64,000 nucleotides of DNA from the human T2T-CHM13v2.0 reference genome, Homo sapiens, in assembly GCF_009914755.1 (NCBI RefSeq), contig NC_060936.1; one strand, written 5' to 3'. Positions 12,796 to 25,400 of this stretch are shown here, piece after piece. The translations under genes and the position numbers were made by a program. Under the pieces are notes generated by a model. It did no database searches. It had not been told where the DNA came from and worked only from the letters and a program-made list of their open reading frames with translations. Position 1 is the stretch's first letter. Every line of letters begins with the position of its first letter.

Positions 12796-13917
12796 AGTTA
12801 TATGCGCATTAAACTTGAATATATTTGTATAATGATGAAAAGAGTTGTAAAAATACATTATGGGGGTAATTTTAAAAAAAGAAACAAATGAAAAAAGTAT
12901 GATCATCTATTGGAAATTATTATTCTGGCTGGTTTGACTTTACTTTTTAAAAAGTGCTTCCCATTTCACTATGTGCATCCATTGCATTTGTGGGTGTTTG
13001 GCATTATATGATATATCTTTGTTTTATATCACACTGCAAGCATGCAATCAAATCTGAAGAAAATTACTGAAATTAAACATCCCTTAACAGAATGCCAGAT
13101 GTCATGCTCTGTAATGTTTTAATAGCTGTTTTAATTTCTGTGTTTCAGCAGAGAAAATAGAAAAGTTTTCAATCCCAAAACTTATCTAACTAGCTAAGCA
13201 GAAATATGAAATGTTTTAAAAAGAACTGCGTAAGTTTTTAGGTAAAAAAAAAAAATGCTGCTTAAATCTAATTTCCGATAGAAAGCGTATTCAAAATTTG
13301 GCATGAAATTTATTTTGTCAATTTAGTAGATTATTTTTGAAGAAAAAGTGTAAATGCAGACATGGATATAAAGTTGAAATATTCAAAATTTAGTGGAAAT
13401 AATGTCACATCTGAAATCTATCATCAGTACGTTTTACGTGGAGGAGGATAATAACTTTCAGATATTAGTACAGAGGTATTATTTAAGATTAAAATATATT
13501 TTCTGAGCCACATTAGTAGCTTGGTTTTATCTGCTGTGAATAAAACACATGACATTAAATTTGCTTCAGTTTTCAAAAATCATGGACACTTAAAGTTTCT
13601 TTCATGAAACACCCAGATCATCTTTTAATTCGAGTACATGAATTTAAGTAAAAAACATGTGCATAAACTTATAAATCCTGTAAAATAGAACTGCGGATTT
13701 TGGCAGATCATAGCAGTTGCATGAACACATTTTAAAATGGTATTTAAACCTGTCCTACAATGAATTAAGTATAGAAATGTGGTAATTGAATTAATACTAG
13801 CACAATAAATTATTAATAGGCCAATTTCTTGATACTCTCAATTACTTCTACTTATTGATTTAATTGAGATGAGTTTCACAATCCTGAGAACTGTTGTTTT
13901 TCCTCCTCTGGGTACAG

Positions 13918-14222
13918 TGAACTATGGGATCACTAAAGTAGAAGGACAGCCCCTTCACACCGAACTGAATAGAGCTATGGACAACTGTAACAGTCTCCGA
14001 ATGTCTCCCGTGAAAGGGATGCAAGAGAAGGGAGAGCTGGATGAACTTGGGGATAAATGTGATAGCAATGTATCCAGCAGTAAGAAACGGAGGCACCGAA
14101 CCACCTTCACCAGTTTGCAGCTAGAGGAGCTGGAGAAAGTCTTTCAGAAAACTCATTACCCGGATGTGTATGTCAGAGAACAGCTTGCTCTGAGGACAGA
14201 GCTCACTGAGGCCAGGGTCCAG
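13918..14222 (+). CDS. ALX1: ALX1 coding exon 2 (homeodomain N-arm to start of helix 3)
   Basis: Acceptor tacag|TG restores V-N-Y-G. Encodes [46 protein letters not shown] (homeodomain from 14085). Donor CAG|GTAGGA at 14223 (c.531+1). 305 nt. Confidence 0.98.
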
Positions 14223-17198
14223 GTAGGAGCCAAAAAGAGGCCTTGATGGATGGGATAGGAAAATAAATGGTGTTAGAATAATTGAATAAGTGCATTTTGC
14301 CACAAAGAAACAAACTGATTCCCTAGCTGAAGATGAGAAACGGAGTAATATATATGAATATATGTCTACTAAAATTATTTTTTAATTGCAAAAATTTTGA
14401 CAACTCACGCAATATGTAAAACAAAAGAACACAAGTTATTACAGAGACATAAAAATTAACAATCATTCAAACATAACAATATGATAATATATCTCTGATT
14501 TTCAAAAGCAGTTTTTAAAGGATGAAAAGCAGAATCATGACTATTTAGTAATTGGTATATTTATTTGTTTTTTTTTTTTCGGTTTTATTAGCCACTAAGG
14601 TTCTTTTTTAGATTATATATCAGGTATTTGTAAATTATTTGTATAATAGCCCATACATCTAGAAATTTCTAGATTTGGAGGCATAATAAAAAAAAAAACA
14701 ATCCCACAAATTCCCAATTGTTATGTATACCATGGAATGTTTTCACTATGGATAATTAAAAACAAGATCAAATAGTGCTCATTTACAATTTTATAGTCCT
14801 AGTAGTTGTCAACATGTAAATATTCCATTATAATGGTTAAAGTCTAGATAAATCATATGAATTTTGCATAGGCAATAAAAATAATGGCTTTAAAGTAAAT
14901 TTTTGTGTATACTCAATTATGTTTATAAGATATATTCTAGTTATTAAATTGGATGATCCAATATGCTTAATTTTTAAAAATAATTTGAGAAAGAAAAATC
15001 ATACCAGGTAAAATTTTACCTCTTAGGAGTACTTTATTTTGACTACATTTGATATTCTTAAACTATATTTTACTAGTTTCCAAGTAGTAAGAGTTTAAAA
15101 TGCAACAATAATTCAGGATAATGGCCTTGGTCTTTGTGTGTGTTCTGACTCCTCTACAAAAGTATTGATTTTTGCAATTCCCATAAACTGCTAAAATGGG
15201 GGAATGAATAAAATAGTGAAAATTTTTGTTCTAAATCGAGTAACGGTATTTCTTCTTAAAATTGTAAGGCTCTTACATCATTAGAGACAACATCTGGTGG
15301 CACACGGATAACAAGCAGCAGATTTTTACTTGAGTTTGTGGAAGCAAATGGTTACTTTATCTTGGTTCAGGAAGTAAATATGTAGAAAGTTCATGCTAAC
15401 AAAGAATTTTAGAATTGTCGAGTATTAACACCCGCTGTGTAAGTTTGAGATTTTTGTCTTTGTCTATATTTAAATTAGTTATACTTGTAACCATAAACAA
15501 ATATGTTTGCACACAGAGTGACCAACTGTACATAATGCATCTTTTCCCCTTAACATTCACCAAGTCTTGATTAATTTTTGTCTGAGAACATGCACAGAGA
15601 GCCAACTTGAACTTAATTTACTCAGGTCGTTCTCTTTCCTGCTTTGCACATAAGAGTGGTAACTATTACTCATTTTAAGGAAATTGTCAAGTTCTTTTTG
15701 TCAATGGAAAAAAAAATAAAACCCAAAAACGTATTACTAAATTCCCTTAGTGTGTTCCTGGGGCTCATCTGCGGAGACAGCAAGAAAATTTGATTTGTTT
15801 TTTGTTGTTGTTGATGTCTTGAGCCTTGGCATAATGGATAATATGCATTTATCAGCAGTGTACTAAAACTATAATGAACATGTAGCTCTCTGGCTCATTT
15901 CAATTGCTGAAAACTCTGCAAAGTGCCATCTTAAATTTGTAATGTGTACTAAAAAATTAAACTGAGTATTAATATGTTGCCATAATGGTGAAGGTAAAGA
16001 TATACAAGATTAGAATTGAGTATGAAAAAGAGTGAAAATTTCAAGTAAACTTCAACAAAAGGCTTTTACAACTTGCATTTTTTATATTTGATTTCTAGCC
16101 TTTTTCCTAAATATTTTATATTCTGAACATAATTGTGTGAAGAAGACTAGATTCCCAAAAGCTACTCCTATAATGTTCATTTAAAAACATCCAAGTATAT
16201 ATATTGAATATAATCTTCTGCATCTCCCTTTAATATTAAAGTGAAGATATTGGAATATTACAGGTATGAATTAATGAATATCCAACCTGCTGAGGAAGAT
16301 GGTTCTTATAATAAATACTTCTAATAGGTAATTAGAGAAATTGTGGAAGATAGCTTAGTGACCTTAGCTGCCACAGTAACTGATAGACTTTCTTGACACT
16401 TGGTTCTATCTGCCCTATTTCTTATATTATTTCCATTACCTGTGCTTTAAATTAGAGAAATTACGTAAAGATATCCGAGCATTTTCATAAGGGAAAATAA
16501 GTTGCATAATGTATGTAATAAGCACATTCACGTATTTTAAAACCATAGTTCAACTTTAGATGATTCCTTTTTACCTATAATTCTTGTCATGCTTATTATA
16601 ATATGTAATCTCATTTTTTCCTATTTCTAGATAATCATGATGTTCCTGCTGCTGCCATATATTTAGGTGTAATCTTTATGTTTAAAATTTTAAAAGATTA
16701 TGTAGGTATGAGCACAACTGAGAAGAGCTTTCACTTTTGTGATATATTTTAAAGATAAGTTTTAATAGACTCAGATATTAATTTGCTTATAGATTGACTG
16801 AGTTTACGTTACGGCATATACATCTTCCAGACTTGCAGCATTCTCTTAAAGGAGACTTATCCATGACAATGTGGAGATATATGGAGTATTCAGGATCATA
16901 TAATCTAATTGCTTTTTGTTTTCCATAAATGAGAAAACAGAGGCTCAGACGTATCAGATGTATTTCCCGAAAGTCTCCTGCCTCTTTCTATTAAATTATT
17001 TTGTCTCATGGGAAAATCACTTACCACATCAAGATACAAGAAAAAGTAAAATCTGTGGATCCTTTTCTAACATAAATACATTTCTTTTTACGTAATTTTT
17101 TTAACCTGGTTTACCTTTCTTGTTTGATGTCTTTTAACATCACATTTGCTTTATCAAATATTCCTTAGCTAAAATTCTAATTTTTATTAAATAATTAG

Positions 17199-17327
17199 GT
17201 TTGGTTTCAAAATCGAAGGGCCAAATGGAGAAAAAGGGAACGTTATGGCCAAATACAACAAGCGAAAAGCCATTTTGCTGCCACCTATGATATATCAGTT
17301 TTGCCAAGGACTGACAGCTACCCACAG
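17199..17327 (+). CDS. ALX1: ALX1 coding exon 3 ([43 protein letters not shown])
   Basis: Acceptor attag|GTT, recognition helix WFQNRR with Q50, donor CAG|GTATGC. 129 nt, phase 0-0. Not in the ORF track; translated by hand. Confidence 0.97.
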
Positions 17328-18939
17328 GTATGCTAAACTACACAGAATACTGATCAAGAAAAGGATATTTGGTTTGTATATTCTTAAAATGGTTAGCATA
17401 GGCTTTATTATATGTAAGATAATAGCCAAGAATGAAAATCTAAGCTTCAGAAAACATTCTTCATGTCTGCTAAGTTTTAATTTTTCTGAATTATTTTCTT
17501 GTTGTTTTCTTACAGAGTCATTCATTTAAAAATATTTCAGGGTATTTTTTTCTTTTGAATTTTGTTGTATATTGCCACCAATGAAATAGCATCATTTAAT
17601 GATACAGGTATTTTAATTATCCTACATTCTAATTACTCAGACTCTCTTCCTTTTGTTAACTTTTAAAAATACTGTAAATAGAGTGTTGCTTAGCATGCAA
17701 TCTCTGTGGATATTGTTTTATGAACTATACTAAAACCTGATGTCAAATGTGGCCTATTAAGCCCTTAACTCCATTTAAAAATGTGTCTCTTTTTCTATGT
17801 TTTTTTTTTTTCAGTTTTCAAATTGCTTATTCTCTAAAGGTCCACATTTGGTCCTGTTTGACTTAAAACAGAGATAGAATTAGTATCAGACATAATTTTA
17901 AAAGTTAATCACAGATGAGTAACAGCTTCCCTTTATAATGGGTGCTCTTTTACTTCATTACAAAAAGTGTTAGAAATTCTTTTTCTTCTCATTTTTCTTT
18001 TTCAATATAAGACTATATATTTCTTTTTCATATTTTGTAATGAATGTAAATGTTTGTCTTTCTAATTTATTTTGTGTCACTTTTTCCTAATACTTAATAA
18101 TGATATTCAGAACTGTATTTGATACATGATGAAAAAAAACCTACGTTATAAGCAACGAGCTATGCATTATTTTGTTATTTATTATTTAATGATATGCATT
18201 ATAAGAGACCCATGTGAAAACACATATGAAACATATATGCTGGAGAAATACCTTGATAGTTCACTAACTAGATGATCTGAACCCCAAACTTGAGTATTCA
18301 TTTTCTTCAACACTATGAGTACAAATTCAGTTCTTTAATGTTGTTCTTTCCTTGTGTTCCTATGCCTTTTATGATTCTTAAAAACCAGTTTTAGAAACCT
18401 CACTCCTCCAGATAAATCCCCCAAATTTATTAATATAATATTATATGTTAAATAAAAGAAGTCTTGGAGGTCACCTTGTTCAACTCCTTCCTTTAAAAAA
18501 GTTATGAAAACGGGCTCAATTGAGTTAAGGAATTGGTTTGTGATCATACAAGTGGGTTCCTGCAGGAGAGACTGTAAAGGTCGCTACGTCTAAACCTTTA
18601 CCCAATGGCTTGCTAGAAGACTATTCTTATGGATACCTTTTCAATAAATGCCTCCTATCTCCTTGCCATAGGAGGAATCTTGTTTCTCTTTTAAAATTTA
18701 TCTTAAAGAGGTTACCTTATGTTTTCTCCTATTTTAAAGCATGAGGCTACCTCTGGTGGTTACTTACCATCATAGGGCTAGTCAAATTTTGTTTGCCAAA
18801 TATTTTTGAGTGCCTTAGTTGAGTCAGTGTGAGTTAGTTTGAGTGCCGTTAGTTTCTAAACAAAATTCTGTAAAAATCTTTCCCCTCTAGGCTGCAAGCT
18901 CCATGAGGACAGGGACTGCAGTGTCTTCATGGTTATTAA

Positions 18940-19140
18940 CACTACAGTAGCCCTCACTGTATATCTGGGCACTGTTCTAAGCAGATTACATATATTATCT
19001 CATTTAATCCTCACAACAACCTTATGTGCTAGGTGTTACTAATTGTCTCCATTGCTCAAATGAGAAAGAGGTAAGGTGAAGTTCAGATTTGACCAGAGAC
19101 AATTTGGTTCCCACTTGCCAGATTTTAACCTGACAATAGA
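18940..19140 (-). mobile_element. MIR SINE remnant
   Basis: ctgggcactgttctaagca..ttacatatattatctcatttaatcctcacaacaaccttatg core. Confidence 0.65.
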
Positions 19141-22100
19141 CTGTCTCTACCTGTGAATATATTTAAATGATACCAAAGGAGCATAAAGTTTGAGCTGCAT
19201 TATTGTAAGTCTGCGCTTTAGTGTCAGGAGCCACAACCAGAGAAATAACAATAAAAATATAGGTGAAATGGAGAATGGTTTATATCATTTTGAACTACTT
19301 GACTGTGGTGACTTTAGACGTAATAAAGTAACAAATTATGAGCTCTTCACATGGATTTTAAACTCTTACTAAGTATATTCCACAACACTTGACTATGACT
19401 ACTTTTTTGTGCATTTTATTCTTTCAGTCTTCATTTCCTTTCAAACCCCATTTCTGTCTGTTTTCAACTTTTCTGTCCCTGTACGTTGGTTGTTTTATAT
19501 TTGACTCTTCTTGCTTCTTTGATAAAGCAATCAGAATAGGGCCTAGCATCAATTAAGACCTATATAAAGGGTAAAGCATTCAGAATAGTGCATATTCTGA
19601 ATCTAAAACTTTATACAGCTTTAAGACATGTATAAATGCTCAATATGACTCAGTGTACTCTGAGTAACCATCTCATTTCCCTAAGATTATCTTACCATTG
19701 TGTTATTGTACCTCAAAGCTTTATATATTATTAATTAAAAGAATGAGGTAACCTAGACACCGATGGAGGAACGGACATGGTACACCAAATTATATATTTG
19801 ATCATCTTTTTCACTCCAATGAAAAATTAATTTAAAAAATTTCCCCCCACAAATCATGGGAATGTTGCACTAATTATTCCTCATAATTTTGTATACATTG
19901 GCTATACCACCTGATAATTTAAGAATGGAGAACATATGTTGGAATTACTTCAACAGTGCCAATCATGAATAATAATAAAAATTAATACCATGAAGTCCAT
20001 AGTACTTTCTTGTATTGGTAAATCATTTAATGTTTGGTTACCAAAATTTCCGAAATTATGTGGCTGCAACTCCCCACTGTAGATACTGGATAAAGCCGGG
20101 GGAATTTTTATTTTAACTTAAATATATACAAGATACTTTTTTAGTTTGTTTGAAAAAATAATTGGGCCAAGATCATGTCTCTCAAGAGTTAGCCTAAATG
20201 AAATGTTTTTTTTATCATGGGGCTTGAAAATAGGAACTTGTAATGGGAGAAATAGAAACAGAAGTAGAATCCAATATCTCAGTCTAATAAGACATTGGAT
20301 TTGGTGACTGTTAATTACAGAAAAAATTATTAATTTCAGAAAAGTTGGAAACTAGAAAATGTTAGAGGCAGGACAGAAATAAAGAATTAGCAATTTGGCA
20401 GAAAGAAAAGCCATACATAGAAATACATGAAAAACAGAGATAGTTTAGAAAATGATCTCCTCAAGCCTGCTCAGTATGTACAAGCATAATATGTTTATTT
20501 CTATATAGTAATTAATACTTTCTAATATGTTCTAATAAATACTTTGTTTCAACTGGCCGTCTTTTTACTATAGTAGCAACAGCTGTAACAGTAAAAATAA
20601 TTACTAATAATTGGGGGCATATTTAAAGCCAGACACTGTGCTTCCTTCTTGTATCTATTAACCTGTTTAATTTAAGCTCAGGTTTTCTGAGCTCAGGAGC
20701 CCAAAGATCTTTATGTAACATTATCTCTTTAATTCATCACTGAAGAGTGAAATTATTCAAATTGGATCCTAAAATATCACATCCTTTTTGGAAGGTAAAA
20801 ATGCTTCTGGTTTTAAATTTATAAACATTTAAAAAGCCTAAACACCTCATTGACTGTTTCAAGATTTTTTTCTTAAACTTACTTATCTTTGATAGCAAAC
20901 AAATAAGAAAGTGAGAGACGTGATGTTCATATTTAAATATTTTAAGGTAGTATATTTTGATGTACTGACAACAGTATCTTTTTGTTTAAGTTCTTTATTT
21001 TGGCTCAAGATATCAGTTGCCATTTGGCAATGCTGTGATTTAACTAAATTAATCTATTTATTTTTCCTCAAGAGTTAACGTTTTTGAAAGCATTCTCATT
21101 GCTTGGGATGAATTTGTTTCCTCTGTCTTGAATTTCCCTCCCTCACCTAAGCCATATTTACTCCATGAAGCCTCTGGGATGTGCCATCTGTCTGCACATC
21201 ACTTTCTCACTGACATTTTGTTGGGTTGTATTAAAGGTCTGACTTCCCATTTACAATGTAAAATATTTAAAAGATGACCCAGTTACTAGTCACCTTTGTA
21301 TCACCAAGGATGGTCTGCTATGAATTGAGCAAATTATATAGACATTGGATAGATATGAGTAATAGTACAGGTTCACTTCAATATATTAATATATTAAGTA
21401 GTGTATCATAAAACAAAAATAATCAATTTTCAATAAAACAGATTCTGAATTTGTTATTAACCAGTTTTGTGATATAAGCAATTAACTTTTCCTCAATTTC
21501 TTCCTCTGTTCAAAAAAATAGGCTAGAAAGATTTTGCAGACACTTTTCAGCTGACTTTTATTCCAAAGTTATTTGCCTTTCAAAACAAATATATGCCATG
21601 CACTGTTGCAGGGATCAGGAATATATAACTGATCTAGACAAAATTCCCTGCTTTGTAGAAAGACTAAAAACTGGGTAATATTTGTACTAAATTTGCAAAC
21701 ACTTCTTGGTGCAAACTAGGCCCAAGAAACCATAAATCTAAATAATTTTGGCCTTAAATTTAAAAAGTGAGCAAAGATCTAGTGATATTACATTTTAACT
21801 TGTTTCTAATATGGCAAAACCAAAGAATTTTAAAAATAATTATTTTAGTGAATAAAATAATTTATCTTAAGGTATAAGTATTTCCTTGAGAATTATAATT
21901 ACCATTCATTTCTTACAAGGAACTTTACAATTTCATGTTCTTAGGTTTGGATTACATGAGCATTGACATTATTATCTAGATAGATAACTTTGAGTTACAA
22001 CTTTGACTTGATCTTCAGATTCTTTATTTGTAAAATGGAAGTATTGTTGGTGCTGGTGTTTGTGGTGTTGATAGTGTAGATGATCAAGACGATGATGGTT

Positions 22101-22204
22101 TTTCTGTTATTGTGAAGACTAAATGGATTTCCGAAAAGGAAAGCCCTCTGTTTATAGACTACAGAGGTGAATCCTGGGATTTGAAGAGGGCCAGGGGTTA
22201 ACAT

Positions 22205-22435
22205 TAATGACTATGAGCTTTCCAGTCAGAGAGGTGTGGGTTCAAGTTTTGGCTTTTCAGTTTAATAGCTTTTAGACCTTTGGCAAATGAATTTACCATG
22301 AGGAACAGTTCTTTTCATTTATAAAATGGGGGTAAAAGCTCATACGATGCTTGTGAATGTTAAACAAACTTGTTTATGCAAATTACTTAGGGCATTGCCT
22401 AGTACAAAACAGAACTTAATAAGTAGTAGGAATTC
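22205..22435 (+). mobile_element. MIR SINE remnant
   Basis: cagtcagagagg..gggttcaagt...gacctttggcaaatgaattt..catttataaaatgggg...gcctagtaca..cttaataa. Confidence 0.6.
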
Positions 22436-25400
22436 TATCATTTCCATTAGTCATTATTAATTTTGTTCTAAAGTACCTGCCTCTCCAGGTAGCTAAATTG
22501 CTTGTTATCTTATGTTGTAGCGTTTTAATTAATCCAATCTCTGAGTAAATTTACTATGTAGGGATCTAGGGAAATATTAATTTCAGTTAAACATACTTTC
22601 CTTTTTAAATTGAAAACCAAATACGGTAACTTTAGAAAAGTTTAAGTATATATTCAATTCACCAGAATTATTTTCTTGTAAATATTTTCATCACAAATTT
22701 CAGAAAAAGAATTGAAGTGCTTTTCCCACCAAAATTTTGAATGAGGTTTCACTGAGTATTGTATAGTGAAAACTATCTCTAAATCTATGCTTACCAAATG
22801 TACCAAGGAATCCACACAGTGTCTTGTCTTCCGTTGTATTATTGAGGACTTCATAAATATATGCCACTTAGAATTTGAACACGCCAAGAGGTAGATTCAA
22901 GTTATAGGTAATTTGTGGTCATTTTTATAATTTAATACATAGATTAAAGCTGTAAAACATTTTAGTTTAACACATTCTATTTGAAATATTGTAATTATAC
23001 AATTAAAAAATGAAATTTTAAGGTTTTCATGTAATAGTAGTTCCCATATAATAGACTGTAGACATATTGCTTATCTACCCTGGTTTTAATGGCAGTTTCT
23101 ATATTAATCTTAATGGTTGTCTTAACTTAAGCTAAATAAGGAACATAGGACTTGTCTCCTTCAACCACTGTGGTTTATAATTAAAAGGCATTTGTAGCAT
23201 TTTTTACCTTTGGAGAAAATATAATTTTGTCACTATAATTTCTATTTTTTCCCAAATATTTGAAGTAAACAAACCAAAATCTTTTAAAAATATTACTAAT
23301 ATAGCGGTAATTAATACATTGTATGATGAGTGCTTTTACATCCATGAAACAACCAATGAATGGTCATACAATGATACAGTGAAAATTCTTGTATGACTTA
23401 TGACCAAAATGTTACCATCATTTTCAAAATATCATATTGATATTGCACAATTTGTCACTGATAATAAACACAAATATTTTAAGTGACAGAAGAAATATAA
23501 TGATAATCTACCTTACTAAAATATAGTTTTTGCAGCGAGTAAATATACTGATTTAATTAAATTTATATAGTTTAAATAAATATGAATAAAATATTTATAT
23601 ATGTATGTGTGTATATATATATATAAGTTATGTGTAGCATGAGACAATTTTTGTCAGTATCATTAGGTGAAGGTACAGTTAGCTACAGTGAATTCTTTTC
23701 TTAATTTTTATTTTGTTGAAATATTTTAATTTTAATGAAATGGAATTCATTTAATGAAAAAAATTTTAATAAAAATGAAACATTTCATTTTTATTAAAAC
23801 TTTAATTAATTTTTATTCTGTTGCATATACAAAGACTCTAAAGAGGCAAAGAATATCCTCCAAAAGAAACAAAGTGCACTCCTGTCAATTATGAAAATAA
23901 TTAGGCCTGTTCTTTTGAAAATGTAATATTCTAATGTGACTGTACACAGTAAGTTAACAAAATTTTTTTAAATAAGTATTTTTTATTTTACAAGGAAACT
24001 AAATCAGTAAGTTGAATAGATAACCAAATAAATAAGAAGAAAATAAAAATGAATGTTGCAGAGTGCCAACGTTAGCTTATACATATAAAAACCTCACAAG
24101 AAGATGGAGAAATAACAGGCAGAAAATTAAGCCATCAAAGCCCAGGAAGTCTATTAGCACAGAACTGTTGTTTAAAATCTGCAGTTCACCCTATTGTTAG
24201 TGTGAACCTTATGATATACTTTAATCCAGAATTATATGCATGCCATGTTTATGAAGCCTCATGTGTCTATGGATTTTCTTTTTTATTCTGCATCATAGAC
24301 ATTAAATAGGTAAACTTCCGTACAAACTCACAGTTGATTTTTAAAATTACAAAAATAAAATGTCGACTTTGTAGTTAATACAAAGAGATGATGAGTAAAA
24401 TCAATAGCTTCACTTAATATTTTAAGAATAAATTCAAAGTCCATAAATGACTCCAAGCAAGATCTCTAAAATTAAAAATTTTCTGTACAAATTAAAATAT
24501 TTGTGTATTTTATTCATATTCTAAGCTATTTATGCATAAAAGCTTAATTTACAAGCTTACATTTTTATCTTTATTTCTTATATTGTGAATTTTGTTTCAA
24601 TAGGATAATTTCATCACTAAAATGAATCAGACACTGATGAATCAGCAATAGCTATCATACATGTATTAAAATACATGAAAAATAATGCAACAAGTGTCTG
24701 GAAAATCCTCCATATGATAATTATTGCTTGATAGTAATAAAATAGCAAAGGTTAGGTGTTACCATTTTATTTCTTCCTTAAATGAGTTGATTTGAAAACT
24801 TTCATTTTAAAGCAATCGTGAGAGTTTCTATAAATCTTCTTTTTAAAAGTCACTTAATATAGAATTTAAGAATACAGTCAACACCAAAGAAAAATGTTCT
24901 TTATGTTCTTATATCTTGGACTTGGAGCATTTTTCAAATATTATTTGAATAATGAAAAATGTAAACACATTTATATGATGTTATGCTGAAAATTTACAGA
25001 CATTAAAATTTCTTATTAAGCTTCGTGCTTTTAATTTTGCACTAAAAGTAGACATACACATTTATTTTTCTGCTAAGCAGTTTTCCTCTTAAATTATCAG
25101 TCTCATATGGGTGTGATATTTAATGGTGATTTTTTTTTTAATGGAAAAGTCACCTTTCTTGTTTCAAATCTCTGTATACATATCTAAGATGGAATTTTAC
25201 TAAAAAATAAAAGTGACAGTATTTAGTATATGATCTGTTTCTGATGAATAAATGATTTCTAATCACTTTAGTTTAATAATATATATTGGAAAAGTACTTT
25301 AAGAATGTTTAAAATGTCAATAGACTTATCAAAATCTAAATATTTTATATATCACCTTAAAATATTTTTTGGTGAAAATTAGATCTAATGAGTAGACACT

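Noticed and set aside
13869-13917. In-frame intronic ATG upstream of exon 2
   Set aside because: Runs through the pyrimidine tract of the acceptor; no sign of an internal promoter.
14184-14223. Recalled frontonasal dysplasia positions (L165 codon, c.531+1G)
   Set aside because: Both show the normal allele (CTT; GT donor), so no pathogenic change is visible.
17161-17169. TTCCTTAGC resembling a U12 branch site
   Set aside because: The intron 2 donor is GTAGGA, not RTATCCTT, so the intron is U2-type.
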